A stretch of DNA of 64,000 bases from Eledone cirrhosa (GCA_964016885.1 OZ024741.1:382850001-382914000); one strand, 5' to 3'. Shown: positions 14,504 through 28,250, counted from the stretch's first letter. The notes: a model not told the origin generated them from the sequence alone. Program-made: numbers and translations.

Positions 14504-15349
14504 ACAGTTAATGTAATGTATGTAAGAATTATTAGTGTCTGTTCAAAAAAGATACGCATGTTTTTATATACGATGGAATGTATTATAGTTCCAGGCGCAG
14601 ATTAATTTGATTAACTAACTTTATTTTAATTACTGGGATCAATTTAATCAACTATAAATTTGGTGTTTATTTTATCTGTACGGTCTAGAAATATTTAATT
14701 TTCTTCCGTAGTAGAGATATTTAGATTTTTACAACTAGATACATCAATTAACAGTAGCTAGATGTCAACGTAAAATGTTAGTGTTATTCCCTTATAGCTT
14801 GATAGAGACAGCAAAAGAGAGGAAAGAAAGTGAAGTTTCAACTGTCTCAAACTAATAACTATTTGAATACAAATAATGTTTGTAAATTTAAATATTCACT
14901 AACATAATGAAAAACAAATACATTGTTTCTACTAAATGAACTTATTCAATCTCTTTCCGTATTTAACATAATTATGATTTCGGAATTTCATTTATTAAAT
15001 GTTGACTTTCATGAAAATATGGTCAGGATCTAATGATAGTAATGATTATATTACTCGAAAACAAAATCAATATTTACAATTTTTCTCATTTGTGTTCGAA
15101 TAAACTTTGACCTGAATATGTATATGTATTTACCTGATTAAAGTAGCCGACTTTCACGTGGATGTACAAAACTAGTGATTTTGATTGCCTAGGGAGAACC
15201 AAAAATATTAGAATGTCAACCCTTTGGTGTATTTACCTCTAGATCCTAATTAAGCTCACAATATGCGCTATCATTATAATATATACTTTTATTTACACAC
15301 CATGATGTCCGATCGATTTAACTATCTTCAGATACTTTCGTCATACACT

Positions 15350-15540
15350 GTTATTTGATGCCACTACTCTGTTGAAAAACGGTTACGATCTGCAGGACTT
15401 TGCTGGAGAAGTAAACATAAATTTATACACTCGCACAGGAGATGCAGTAGATGTAGACCTACTTGAACCTTCACCAATCAACTCTCAGACGACACCAACT
15501 TCAGAAGAGAGCAGTTGCTAGTAGTAATGAGGATGATCGA
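15350..15540 (+). mobile_element. Short RTE-like 3' fragment
   Basis: RLRSAGLCWRSK (~15380-15415) resembles the RLRFAGHCxR motif. Confidence 0.45.
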
Positions 15541-16091
15541 TATCAAAATTTGTATCATTAAATGTAATAGTAAAATCATAGTAACATGTGTGAATATATG
15601 ATAGTGTCATGATAGTGAGAGGAATAGGTTTTGCTTAAATTTATCTTTACTTATCAGACACTTGTCCGCAGATAGGACAAAACAAAATGGTCTACATAAC
15701 AGATCTCGGTATATATATTCTCTCGCATTACTTTACCTATCTATATTTATCCTAATTATCTCTGTATATTTTATATTTACTTATTATTTATACTCACCTA
15801 AAAATTACATACTTAACAATTCAACATTTAATTTTTACATTCTTTTTTAAACTTCACTCCACCATCTACATTCCATTATCAATATAACAATCCCATTCTC
15901 CTCATAGGTTCTTTATAGTAATTCTATTTTTACCACCATTCAACCATTCCTTTCAAAGGGTCATGACCTCAACTAAAGTGAGTTATATTTCATCTTAACA
16001 TCATAACGCAAAGAACCATTTAAATGGTTTGTTCTTCAGCTACCTCCAAATAAGGTCATATAACTCAATTTACTATTTATTGAATAATATT

Positions 16092-16237
16092 TTCATTGCT
16101 TTTGACAACGGCTGATGATATATATGTAGGTAAATATATTTCTTATCTGATATTTTGTAACTAACCCTACGTAGATCGATAACGAAATATGCGTACGATG
16201 TATTATTTTCACCTAGAAACGATCGTAAAGCAGTGAA
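16092..16237 (+). ncRNA. Degenerate type-I hammerhead with ~107-nt stem II domain
   Basis: TTCATTGCTT-TTGACAA-...-GAAA-CGATCG-TA-AAGCAGTGAA: 10-bp stem I (one G-U) and palindromic stem III ACGATCGT. The core is two transitions from CTGACGA. The downstream tail (16280-16410) matches 55175-55310 on the minus strand. Confidence 0.6.
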
Positions 16238-16426
16238 GTATATTTCTAATGACTTGAATGTTTATTTCATTGTTTTAACTTGTATCATGACTCTCTTTAC
16301 CTTTTGATGTTTTATTGTTTTCCGGTATTTATTTTAACCTACAACATTTTCAACATATGGATTACATTGAGTTCTTCATGCGGACTAGACCCCACAACTA
16401 ACCGTAGATATTTCTGTGTATATATG

Positions 16427-16487
<61 letters not shown>

Positions 16488-16914
16488 GTGTGTGTATGTT
16501 TATGTGTGTGTATGTATGTGAGTCCCGATCTCAATCGGGGCTAACCGCAGTAAATAAGGTATTCAACCCATTAGTAGAGCGTATACTACAACATATAAAA
16601 TAAAAGGGCTTCTACAGGAATAGAACTGATTCATTTGAAGGAAATCATGTGATATGTATGATAATTTTTAGGTTTTGTATTCATGGTAAACTGCGTAATG
16701 TACAATGATGCAGGTAGGTAAAATTATTTTTTATTAAACCAATTTTTTGCTTCGTATCTACTTAATTTTAATTGTAATATACTTAGTATTGCAAGGCATA
16801 GCATCCGACCATTTACTGATAATGCCAACCCTCACCCTCAACAATACAAGGAAGATTGGTTAAGTCTTGATGAAGGCTGAACAAATCGTCCTTGTATTAC
16901 TATATTACATTTTG

Positions 16915-17040
16915 TATGATCTGAGTTCAAATCCCGCCGAGGTTAACTTTGCCTTTCATCCTTACGGGGTCGATAAAATAAAGTACCTGTAATGTACTGC
17001 GTAATTGCTGGCCATATGCCAAAAGTACAAACAATTATTA
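16915..17040 (+). mobile_element. tRNA-derived SINE (Nin-domain-like), 5'-truncated
   Basis: B-box GAGTTCAAATCC, GCCTTTCATCCTTACGGGGTCGATAAAATAAAGTACC core, ...ACAATTATT tail. Confidence 0.9.
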
Positions 17041-17117
17041 TATTATACTCTGTCTAGCTCTGCACCTCGCCACTCACGTGAACCTAAACATCGAGTACTC
17101 ACCTGGGTGAACCTACA

Positions 17118-19581
17118 GTGACTTCATGTTACACTCCCTGGAACAATTCCTTCGCGGTGATTGATTGGTTCAACGGCATATGTAACAAGGAACATTGCCG
17201 TTTTATCCAATTCGACATCAACAATTACTACTCCTCCATCACTTTACCACTTCTCCTTAGAGCTATAAATTTCGCTAACAGACTCACAGTGGTTAAGGAT
17301 TTCGAAGTTGATGTCATCCTCAATGCCCGAAAGTCGGTGATTAATTTCGACGACTCTATTTAGATTAAAAAATCCAATAGTACCCCATTCAACGTGTGTA
17401 TGGGCGCCAGTGATTCTGCGGAGGTCACTGATCTTATCGGCCTTTTCCTTCTTTTCTCTATCAAGGACGAATTCCCCAACGCGGGCGGTGATTTGTACCG
17501 TGACGATGGTCTTTTGACCATGACTAAGTGCGGACCTCGTGCTTGCGACAGGTTCAGAAAAGAACTCACAGCCTTCTTTAAAGGCTTCAACCTCTCTATA
17601 AAGGTTGAGGCCAATCTCTCGGTCGTTACCCTCAACTTATTGAATGGGTTGTATTACCCGTATAGAAAGCCGAATGATACGCTTAATTACATAAGTAAGC
17701 ATTCCAACCAACCTGCCAGCATAACCAAGAACCTGGTGAGAAACGTTTCGTTGAGGCTTTCCCGTCTTTCCACCAACGAGCGTATTTCAACGACCATTCC
17801 ACTTATTACAATGAAGCTCTTGCTCGAAGTGGATTTGTCGATAAGGTAGCATATACAGAGTACGAAAATAGAACTAGAAGAAAAGATCCCGTCGCATTTG
17901 TTGGTATAACCCACCATATAATATGGACGTGGCCACACCATTAGCTAAGATCTTTCTTTCCCTTATTACGAAGCATTTTCCCCCTACACATAAATATAGT
18001 AAAATGTTTAATAGAAATACTATTAAAATGTCTTACTCTACGACTGCTAACCTTGCAGATAACATCACAGCTTCAAATTTAGCTAAACTACCTAGCCGTA
18101 GGAACACGTGCAACCCTGTAGTTAGTACTAACTGTAATTGTAGGAATCGGGTTGATTGCCTCCTATCCAAGAAATGCCAGTCTAGTAACATTGTCTACAA
18201 ATATAAGGTTGTAACACCCACGTCCCGTAGGGCCTACATAGGGTTAACCGCCAATAGATTCAAGCAGCGTCTTTACATGCATACCCATTCTTTTCGTTAC
18301 CCTCTAAGAAGGAATATGACGTCACTTTCAACTTATATCTGGAGTCTAAAAGACAACCACACCCAATATAAGTTACACTGGGAGATCCTAGCTAGGGCTA
18401 GATCGTATAACTGAAATAAAAGACCATGTGACCTCTGCGCCGCTGAGGCCCTGGAAATACTCTACGCCACAGACCACATCTTAAACAAAAAATCTGTGGC
18501 AATTTCGGATTGTAAACATAAATTGCACAAAACTTTCCTGTATTACAGCCCCACGTTATACCCTAACGGATAGTACGATCTATACGTGGATATTTTACGT
18601 CTCGATGTGGGAGCTAAGTATATGTTTTGTTTATACCTTTACTTATTTGCATAGGTAAGTATATATTATCCGTATGTTTTGTGAAGGTACGTATACCTTC
18701 TCGTACGTATATTTGATTGTCATGGCGTATAATTTTTTTATATATTCTGGTACATATGGTTCGGCTATGTGTATACGGGAGTTTTGCGTCTGTGTGAGTA
18801 TGCAGGTTCGTACGTATGTAGGGCGTGTGTATATGTGTACTTCATGTTTTGGTTGACTTACGTCTCCGAACATTCGGGTATTTACATGTAGGTATGTGTG
18901 TGCGCTTGTTATGTACGTATTTATTTATTTATATGTTTATATAATTATTTATTTATTTGTATATACGCTTACACACACACACATATTTATATGTGCGTGG
19001 TTTTGTTTCCTATAGTAAGTTTTTGCGTATGCTTGTGCATGTACGTATTTGTTTGCGTGTATGTATTTATTTATTTCTATTACTTCTGTATTGTATTTAT
19101 TTAATTTGTTCTTAACTCCGTAGCGGAGATTCTTTCGGTCTCCTAGTTAGAATTTAGTCTACAACTTCTGCTATACCATTTACGTGGTTTTGTTTTTGCG
19201 TGCTATTGTTCTCCACGCTCCACATATGACGAATTATCTTCGTTTTTTTCGTTCATTGCCAGAAAACGTCTCTATGCACCACCTAAGAGAACATTAGTCT
19301 ACGACCTCTTTTATACCATAAACGTGGTTCTGTCTTTGCGCGTAATTGTTTTTCACCGCTCCTATTAATGACGTATTATATTCGTTTTTTACGGTTCTTA
19401 GCCAGCGAACGTTTCCACGAACCAAAGTATCGTCTTCCTGTCTTCCTCCGGTTGCAATGTTTTTTGAAATATCCAGTTCTGCGTTTACAGATTGACTTTG
19501 TTAGTTTCAGAAGATCACGTTAAGGGTGAAAGCAGCGATTCTTAGCTTAAACTTTAATCTGTTATTTTAATAAATAAATAA

Positions 19582-19586
<5 letters not shown>
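17118..19586 (+). mobile_element. Penelope-like element with C-terminal GIY-YIG and CxCx5C linker (Hydra-clade-like), 5'-truncated, long 3' region ending at (TA)n
   Basis: FIQFDINNYYSSI, MGASDSAEVTDLIG, DLYRDDGL, PYRKPND, NCNCRNRVDC...IVYKYKV...YIGLT, LSTYIWSLK, CDLC. A ~140-bp tandem repeat at ~19155-19420 and a degenerate HHR before TA. Confidence 0.88.
19503..19553 (+). ncRNA. Degenerate hammerhead at the 3' end of the PLE
   Basis: AGTTT-CAGAAGA-TCACGTTAAGGGT-GAAA-GC(loop)GC-TT-AAACT: 5-bp stem I; the core is one substitution from CTGAAGA. Confidence 0.5.
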
Positions 19587-19651
<65 letters not shown>

Positions 19652-19879
19652 ATGTGTGTGAGTGTGTGTGTGTGTATGTGTATGTGTGTGTATTTGTGAG
19701 TGTATGTATGTGTTTGTTTGTGTGCATGTTTGTGTTTGTGTGTGTGTATGAGTATGTGATATACAGATATTCTTCTTTCTTCTGCCGTGAAATGAGATCT
19801 ATTTTAAATGGTTAATTAATGTATATGTTAAATACATTCTCATTATATACATTTACTTGCAATTGGACACTAATTTATT

Positions 19880-20030
19880 ATAATGCATTTTATCTTTGAC
19901 GAATAACCATGTTAAGGGCTACAATATTGATTGGAATATATTACAACATACCTACTCTTATAGATATGTTAACAACGTGTGTGAACTTCATCTTTCAGAC
20001 CAAATGAAGATATTATTTCATAACAAACAA
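19880..20030 (+). mobile_element. PLE GIY-YIG C-terminal fragment
   Basis: ILSLTNNHVKGYNIDWNILQHTYSY...VCELHLSDQMKIL parallels IWSLKDNHTQYKLHWEIL...SY...CDLC at 18337-18460. Confidence 0.6.
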
Positions 20031-20399
20031 ACGATCGGAATTGATATCGTTGTTATGTTCGTAATAAAGTACGTATTTGTTAAAATAGTTCAAGCTACCA
20101 AATGATTGAAAGTTGTATTATATTCAGCCGCATTCTAAAATGTTCAACATATCCTTGTCTTCATACATCAAAATGACAGGCAATCGAATGGTATATAGCT
20201 TTATATGAACAAGCTTTGGTTACATAAAATAATTTGTTTCATACTCACGCGCAATGTTATAGTTTATAGAGTATATGAAGGAAAATCCGTTCTATTTCCT
20301 AAGATTTTAGTCATAGAAATCATTTTAACGTTAAATTACACAGTAGTAACCTGTGTAATTTCTGATAAAACTCCAAAAATCATTCTATCATACATTATA

Positions 20400-20582
20400 T
20401 TTGGCAGTATCGGTAGATGGTCTGACGCCATGCTTTGACGTATAGAGTTACGGCCCTTGCCATACTGAGTTCAAATCCCGCCGAGGTTAACTTTGCCTTT
20501 CATCCTTATGGGGTCGATAAAATAAAGTACCAGTAATGCACTGAGTAATTGCTGGCCTTGTGCCAAACGTAGAAACAATTAT
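20400..20582 (+). mobile_element. tRNA-derived SINE, near full length
   Basis: A-box TGGCAGTATCGG, B-box GAGTTCAAATCC, core, tail GGCCTTGTGCCAAACGTAGAAACAATT. Confidence 0.92.
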
Positions 20583-22888
20583 ATCTTAGTACTGAGTTTT
20601 TAAACTGTAATATGTATATGTTTGTGTGTGTGTGTGTGTGTGCATGTGTGATTTTGTGTGCGTGTGTGTGTGTGTCTATAAATATATTGTATGTGTGGGT
20701 GTGTGAGCTCCTTCTAAAAATTCAAACTCAAGTATATCAATTGGATACAAAGGGAAAAATAATACTATGGTCTAATGCACCAATAATTAATGTAAATGTA
20801 AGAAATAAACTGAAGTAATGGTTGGTGGTGTAATTATAGATTGGACTTGGAATGAATTTTGATATTACATCAAGCATACTTATCGAACGAATTTCCGAAA
20901 ATATGCTATTGTGTCTCAGCACTGACACAACTGCTTTTCTGATAAAAGCCTTACTGATTTGACCAACCTGTCCACTGTTAGCTACATTGCCTAATGTGAA
21001 TGTTATTCTTTAATAAATTAGCATTTTATTTGAGGGACGATTGGCTGCTATTTGGGACAAGGCAAGTCATGGCGTAGAACGTCTCCCGTTTGCTCGTATT
21101 CCAAAAGTAGATGTCCGTCTGCACTGAATGAGACATAGGTTGCGACTTTTACTGTAATTCTATGCGAAAATAGTTTTATCTAATGGATCGATTGTCCTTT
21201 GAACATACAACAGGTAATCATACTAAAATGCCAAAAATATATATATAATAATAATTGTAAAATATATATAATAATATAAAAATAAAAAAGGCGATCTGAA
21301 AGAAATGCATATATAATAGTATAAAGACCGATTGAATCTCCTCGGGTTATTATATTGTGCATTCGAGGGTGCAGAAAACAACAATCATTTGAATAGAAGG
21401 TATTTCTGTCTGTAGTTTTTTTTAGTACAAAGAGATTCAGTATTACGGTTCATTATATATCATGACCAATTTCCTTTAATTCCCAATTTAAAACGTCATG
21501 GTGGCATTGTTTTCGTATAAAACTGATGTGCTCTTACAATGAGTAATTATTTTGGTATTGGACTCTTTACATCACTTATAAAAGTACAAAATAGAGTCTT
21601 TTTATATTTTCAACTATTTTGTTTTTTTTATTTAGTTTGAATTTATGTAACTCGTAACAGGCAGAAATATTATCAAATACCTTTCAGGTGTACCTGTTGT
21701 TTATATTCAACTACATTATAAGATTGAAGGAATTTATTTTTACTCGATAAGAAGAAAATGAGACGAGGTTAACTCGTCAAAATTTTGAAATTCCTAAAGA
21801 AAGAGATTAAAGGAAAGGCGTCAAACGTCAAATGTTTCAAGCAATAAGGCGGATGATTTCATTCAAAGATTGTAAGGTTTATTAAAAGCTTTCTGAATTT
21901 GTGAAGTAGAATTATTGATGAGATCATAAATAGGCTATTTTCAGGAAAATGTCTGGACAGAGAAATATGTAGATGTAGTCCCTTTTTACCTCTCATTAAT
22001 GTTTATGGCTCCATTTGCAGAGTGCCTATAGTAGTGACGTATTGGTCACATGTATGGAAGTGGTTGTAAACGATCATGGGAGATCAGTTGCTATGTTATT
22101 TTCTGGGATTTTGTTAAGCATTTTCTTAATATTAGCAATATTTACGTTAACACAGCCTATATTCAGTGTTGCCATAAGTAAGAGAAGAATTGTATTATTC
22201 AGTTTTATATAAAAATCTTTTTGTTCCCCTAATAATGTGCAGACATGCTGAAACAAAATTAAATCATCTTTTGTAAATAATTATCTTGAATTAAATTTTA
22301 AAATTTAATAAAAACGGATTAATTAATCAGAAACACTAATTATATATTTATTAAGACGAAAGAAACTGCATAGAAGAATATCTTTATCGATTAATATTCT
22401 AGTTTCAGAAAACTAAATTCCAATGATTTTCAATGAAATTGGTATTTCAACCTCGCCTTTACCTCCCCGTCCGTTCTTTCAATCTGGAAAAAAACTCGTA
22501 AGATAAAATTGTATGAATTAAAATAGAGTTGTATTTTTCATGGAATTCCAATTTAACATTAGTCTATTTACTCCGGCTCAAGTAATCAATAATCAGGAAT
22601 AAATGTTGACCAATAATAGAATACCGTATCCGATTTCACCTTCGATAAGTACCGTTTCATTTTATCCGAATTATTTAGGTCAGCTTTTCTCGTAATTTGT
22701 GAATTCTATTATTATACACTTCTTTGAAATTTAGGGGCGCAATATAATATTTTTGACATGCGAATAATAATCAATAAATGTACCAATACATCCACATTAT
22801 CTGGTTGTAAGTTTGTGATATATCCCATGATTTCCATCTGCACCAAGAGTGTATACATTAGTAAATAAACAAAAGTACACACACACAT

Positions 22889-22965
<77 letters not shown>

Positions 22966-23309
22966 GATGTGTATATATATATATCGTCATTCGCTTCTTA
23001 TTGAATATTTCTTTTCTATTCTTTCGAATATATACACCATATAGGTATTTATCTTCAATTCAAACCTTCAATGTATAATTCTGTAGTGCAACCGACATGT
23101 TTCAGTTCATTATTTCCTCCACATAACTCCAAATATATTGCTATATAATTCAAAGATATAGTCCAACAGTTTACATTCTATATATCATTAAAAACCATCG
23201 ATCATAAATGTTGTACCAATTTCCTTTCACATGAAAATGTTGTTCTTTCTTATTTTGCTCCAGTGTAATCACGCATTTAGCTAAGAGAATTTGATGTTTT
23301 AATGAATTT

Positions 23310-23343
<34 letters not shown>

Positions 23344-25239
23344 CATTAGGCGTTTAATTTATGTGTACATAAGTATATAATTTAAACAATTAATTGCACA
23401 TATCTATGGGGTTGAAGAACTTATATTAATGTAACGACTAGATTTCATAATTGTCTGTCATGGAATCAACTCCAATGCGTAGTCTTAACACATGATGTTA
23501 CTATAAATAGATACTCTGCATTCTATAACCTCTATAACGATGATACACAATTTCAGGTGGTCGTGAAATGAATCATCACAAATATTTCTATTACAGTCAA
23601 CTTCAAATCCCCAAACATCATAAAAAAAGGAACGACCACGTAAAGTATTAGCTGCGGTATACTAAACTTCAATATTTTTACCGTTTTTTTTTCATAACAG
23701 AGATATGAATTCTTTGTTCATAACAAAAACCAGTTGGTCTTATTTTACTTTATATCAAATACATTGAATATCAAATAATCGTAACATTCAAATTATCAAT
23801 ATTATTTTCATTTATTCATTCACATATACGTATGCAGGAATAAGTGCCTAGAAATTGCAACCGATATTTAATATACACTAAATTTGATACAATGTAGATC
23901 AAATATAGTTCTGAGCCATAGGCAACTAGACTGGGATACTGTCAACATTGGAGGTGGCTCATAGAGACATTGCTGTTAAACCTGGCTGCTGTAAGGTAGC
24001 TCTATTATTCTTGCCAGCTACGTAACAACATTCGTGGTCAATAAAATAAAGCACCAGTAATGCACTGGTGCAATTTCTGGCCTTGTGCCAAAATTAGGAA
24101 CAATTATACATACGATAATGATATCGATTTGCTGCCACACGTGGTCTCACTGAGTTACTTCTCTTAAAAACAATACTTCAGGGAACTGACGCGAGGTATG
24201 TAGAGCTTGTTAGGTAGAGATGAATTGGCCGTCAATGTACAAAAGATTTTCGAAGGGCAAATATCTGGGTTCTTTGAAAGAGATAGTTTAACACATGCAA
24301 ACGGAAACATTATGTTTGCAAAGACGTTGGTTATGTCTCGAGTAGCTAAAAAATGTGACGCTGTATATGTCAGGATGTGAGGAATTAGGGTGGCTCAGGC
24401 AACGCAGGTTTTATTCATTATCCAAGAGCTGTACGTATTGGTGTACGATTTCCAGAAGCCTGATGTACATAGCATTCACAAGGGACGATGATTTTAGAGA
24501 GATTTAGAGATAGATAAAGAAAGGAAGAAAGAAAGGAAATAAGTTTCAGATAGTTATCTTCAACACGGGATATAATGTGATCAAGCGATCACAAATGATT
24601 TTAGTTGTGGGGATAACTACAGTTGAAGTATGGACATATTAGAAATAGAGGAAATAATATAATGCTCAAATACGGAAGGAAGGAAGTGTAGCTTTGAATG
24701 GCCTACCATACTTTGGTTAGTAAGTCAAATATTATAATGTATCATTTTAAATGAAATTTCGTACTGAAACAGAAGCTTATTAAATTTAATGGGGGGTGGG
24801 GTTCAAGGAAAATATTACTTGAACAAAACATCGAATAGAGTTACATATTAGGAAATGAATATAATCCTTATAAGATTTCAACTTAGGGAATGTTACTATC
24901 TCATTATCTCATTAGACTTCCCAACTAAATATTATTTAGCTTATACATGGAAATCATTGAACAATTTTGAATGGCTCTAATTTATTTTTTGAAAAGATTA
25001 TTCAAGCATGACACAAAATAAGTATTAACTCTGGAACATTATTCAAGGGTTCTCTACATATAGTTAATCAAATGAGCCAGAAATCCTTTGAGCAACTAAA
25101 TGTGAATCACAATGCAGTAGACTAAACTAGAATGAAACCGAATACATGATGTGAAGAAAGAATATTGAATGTCAGATTTTTTCATATATTTTCTTATGCA
25201 ATTTTCAGCAATGTATCCTAATATCTCCTGCTGTAAATA

Positions 25240-25790
25240 TATTCGATCCCTGCATTTTCTTTTTATTTATAAATATATACTGTAAAATATTCACCAATAT
25301 AGATTCACTTCATATATTATGAACCCATATTATATTGGCAGTATCGGTAGAGGGTCGGACGCCATGCTTTCCAGCATAGTTACGTCCCTTTATGATCTGA
25401 GTTCAAATCCCGCCGAGGTTGACTTTGCCTTTCATCCTTACGGGGTCGATAAAATAAAGTACCAGTAATGCACTGGATAGTTGCTGGCCTTGTGCCTAAA
25501 GTAGAAACAATTATATGAAGTACAGGGCGGTGAATTGGCAGTATCGGTAGAGGGTCGGACGCCATGCTTTGACGCTTAGAGTTACGGCGCTTGGCATTCT
25601 GAGTTCAAATCCCGCCGAGGTTAACTTTGCCTTTCATCCTAATGGGGGTCGATAAAATAAAGTACCAGTAATACACTGGGATAATTGCTGGCCTTGTGCC
25701 TATTGTAGAAACAATTATATGAAGTTAATCTGTACTGGAGTATAGTATACAGTATCTATATAAATAAAAAGAAAATGCAGGGATCGGATT
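25240..25790. repeat. ~75-bp inverted repeat enclosing two tandem SINEs
   Basis: 25240-25317 (CGATCCCTGCATTTTCTTTTTATTTATA...AGATTCACTTCATATA) is the reverse complement of ~25713-25790. Confidence 0.8.
25335..25720 (+). mobile_element. Two tandem SINE copies (25335-25515, 25526-25720)
   Basis: A/B boxes, core and tail in both copies. Confidence 0.92.
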
Positions 25791-25796
25791 CTGAAA

Positions 25797-25985
25797 ATAA
25801 TTGTTTCTACTTTTGCCACAAGGCCACAAATACCCAGTGCATTACTGGTACTTTATTTTATCGACCCCATAAGGATGAAAGGCAAAGTTAACCTCGGCCG
25901 GATTTGAACTCAGATCATAAAGGGACGCAATTCTATGCTTCAAAGCATGGCATCCGACCCTCTACCGATACTGACAATCCACCGA
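25797..25985 (-). mobile_element. SINE copy
   Basis: Reverse complement of the same SINE. Confidence 0.92.
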
Positions 25986-26486
25986 ATTCTGTAAATAATA
26001 TAAGTCAAAACTTTACATTTCAAATAATATTTCAGTTACATAATATATTAATTTCCTTACAAATCCGAAGCCATTTAGATCAGCTACTTACACATTGTAT
26101 TAATTCAATTGCATTTCTACTAAATCACCAGTTTCATCTTAGAAAGGTGATTTATCAATATTATAACATTTGCCTACATTGTTTATAGATCCGTCTATTT
26201 ACGAGGATATGAAAGACATCTTACGTCACATATACTTTAAATGAATGTCAGCTGAAATAATTTATATTGAAACAGTACCGTAAATTTGCTCTTAATTTGT
26301 AGTATTGTTATAAAACTAGATACTATGGATATACTTATTGACATTAAACTATTTTCATTTATAACGTTCGTGTCTGCAATAGATATGTACAAGCGCACCC
26401 ACGTAATATTATGCATACATGCTTATATATATGCTTACACACACGCGCGCATACACACACACACCCATACACACGCACAAACACAC

Positions 26487-26532
<46 letters not shown>

Positions 26533-26813
26533 ACACACACACACACACCCATATATATATGAGTGTATGTGGGGAGTATATGACTGTGTGGTTTAAAGAC
26601 GCCATTTTCCTTGTAAATCATTATTTTTCGAGATATCACTTTACGTAGTTTCTCTAGAGCCCATGCTACATGTATAGAGTTTTTAGTTGATTCAATGATA
26701 TGGTACGCAGAAACTTCAGCCTTGTCATATAAGCTGTCATTACAACTCAGTGGTGTTGCATTCTCTGTAATTTGTCTACTGACGACCGTTGTATATATAT
26801 ATATATATAGTAA

Positions 26814-26891
<78 letters not shown>

Positions 26892-27518
26892 TTACTATAG
26901 TAAAATTGTGGATCAGATATAATTATATGCTTTCAATGCCAACACTACATAAGCAGCATTATTCAACTCCTGCACATTTTAATAAAGAACACATCTATAA
27001 AAATACCTACCCGGTCTAAAAAGAGATTCATGAAATTCTTGAGCTAGAACATTACTGTTGAAATAATAAAATTTAGAGAAAAATTGGCACAACTTGTAGA
27101 TTAAGGATTCAATGTTCCTGAAGCAGAGTAAATCCACATCAATAGCCGATGATTATTACACGACATCCATTGATTAATCTACCTATTTCTATCGATTCCT
27201 TGATTTGCAAAATAGGACCCAAGTTTCCCAGCATGTCGCAGAACTGGTTAATACCTAGTATACAAACTTGTGCAACGAAAATGTGATTCCATTATACTCT
27301 CACGCAGAAAATAGATTCTTACTTCGAACAGACGTGGATCCACATGACATCAAGTTTCTGTTAAGGGTCTATTGATGTTTAAAACGAAATATCAACACAG
27401 TCATGTACTTTAAAATACTATTTTTATCTTGGTTTTCATAAAATCCCAACTGGATTAACATTTCTTTCGAAACCACTATTTACAAACACACGTACATACA
27501 TACATGTACACAAACATA

Positions 27519-27519
<1 letters not shown>

Positions 27520-27612
<93 letters not shown>
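27520..27612. repeat. (CA)n microsatellite
   Basis: Direct reading; others at ~5920-6080, 26450-26548 and 51200-51345. Confidence 0.97.
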
Positions 27613-27614
<2 letters not shown>

Positions 27615-27699
27615 GGAGATCAATATCCCCAAAGGTACTATGTACCTCTGGAAATATATAGGGTATCTATGGTATTACTTTGACATACCAGAACTATAA

Positions 27700-28158
27700 A
27701 ATTGAGCTAAGCGGAGCAAATATTTAAAATAAATTAAACAATATAATTTAAATATTCACCTGTTCCTTTTGCTTTTAACGACGGTTTCACTTCACAAATG
27801 ATTGGAGATTCTAGGGACTTCCAATAGAAATGTTCAGATCTTCAGAAAGCATTTTCCCTACCTAGGACGTAAAGTCCCAGGAACAGCAATATACATTGCC
27901 ATCTCCCGGCTACTACAGGATCGAATGAGGCCGTAAACTTGACCTGTGCTTGAACCAGCCCTTAGTAGAAGCGAGAGTAAACATAGACGTCTTGTCTATC
28001 ACGCCACTAAAAATAGCAGCTAAATAAAGTCCCTAGGATCTCCAATCTTTTGTGAAGTGAAACCGTCGATAAAAGCAAAAGGAATAGGTGAATATGTAAA
28101 TTATATTTTTTTATTTTTTTTTTTAAATTGTTTGAATCTTGCTTGCTTCGCTTATCTC

Positions 28159-28162
<4 letters not shown>
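27700..28162. repeat. Inverted repeat (~120-135-bp arms, ~205-bp spacer) ending at (TA)n
   Basis: 27700-27820 is the reverse complement of 28027-28162, with several mismatches and indels. Confidence 0.85.

Positions 28163-28250
<88 letters not shown>

Noticed and set aside
16112-16196. Apparent inner hammerhead (CTGATGA...GAAATATGCGTA) nested in the outer one
   Set aside because: No convincing stem I or stem III, and the CTGATGA can be explained as part of the outer stem II.
18412-18414. In-frame TGA in the PLE endonuclease as possible selenocysteine
   Set aside because: The position does not align with a Cys in the related fragments, I saw no SECIS, and the element has other stops and frameshifts.
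25526-25620. A-box/B-box pairs as tRNA genes
   Set aside because: No cloverleaf, extended box spacing, and always joined to the SINE core and tail.
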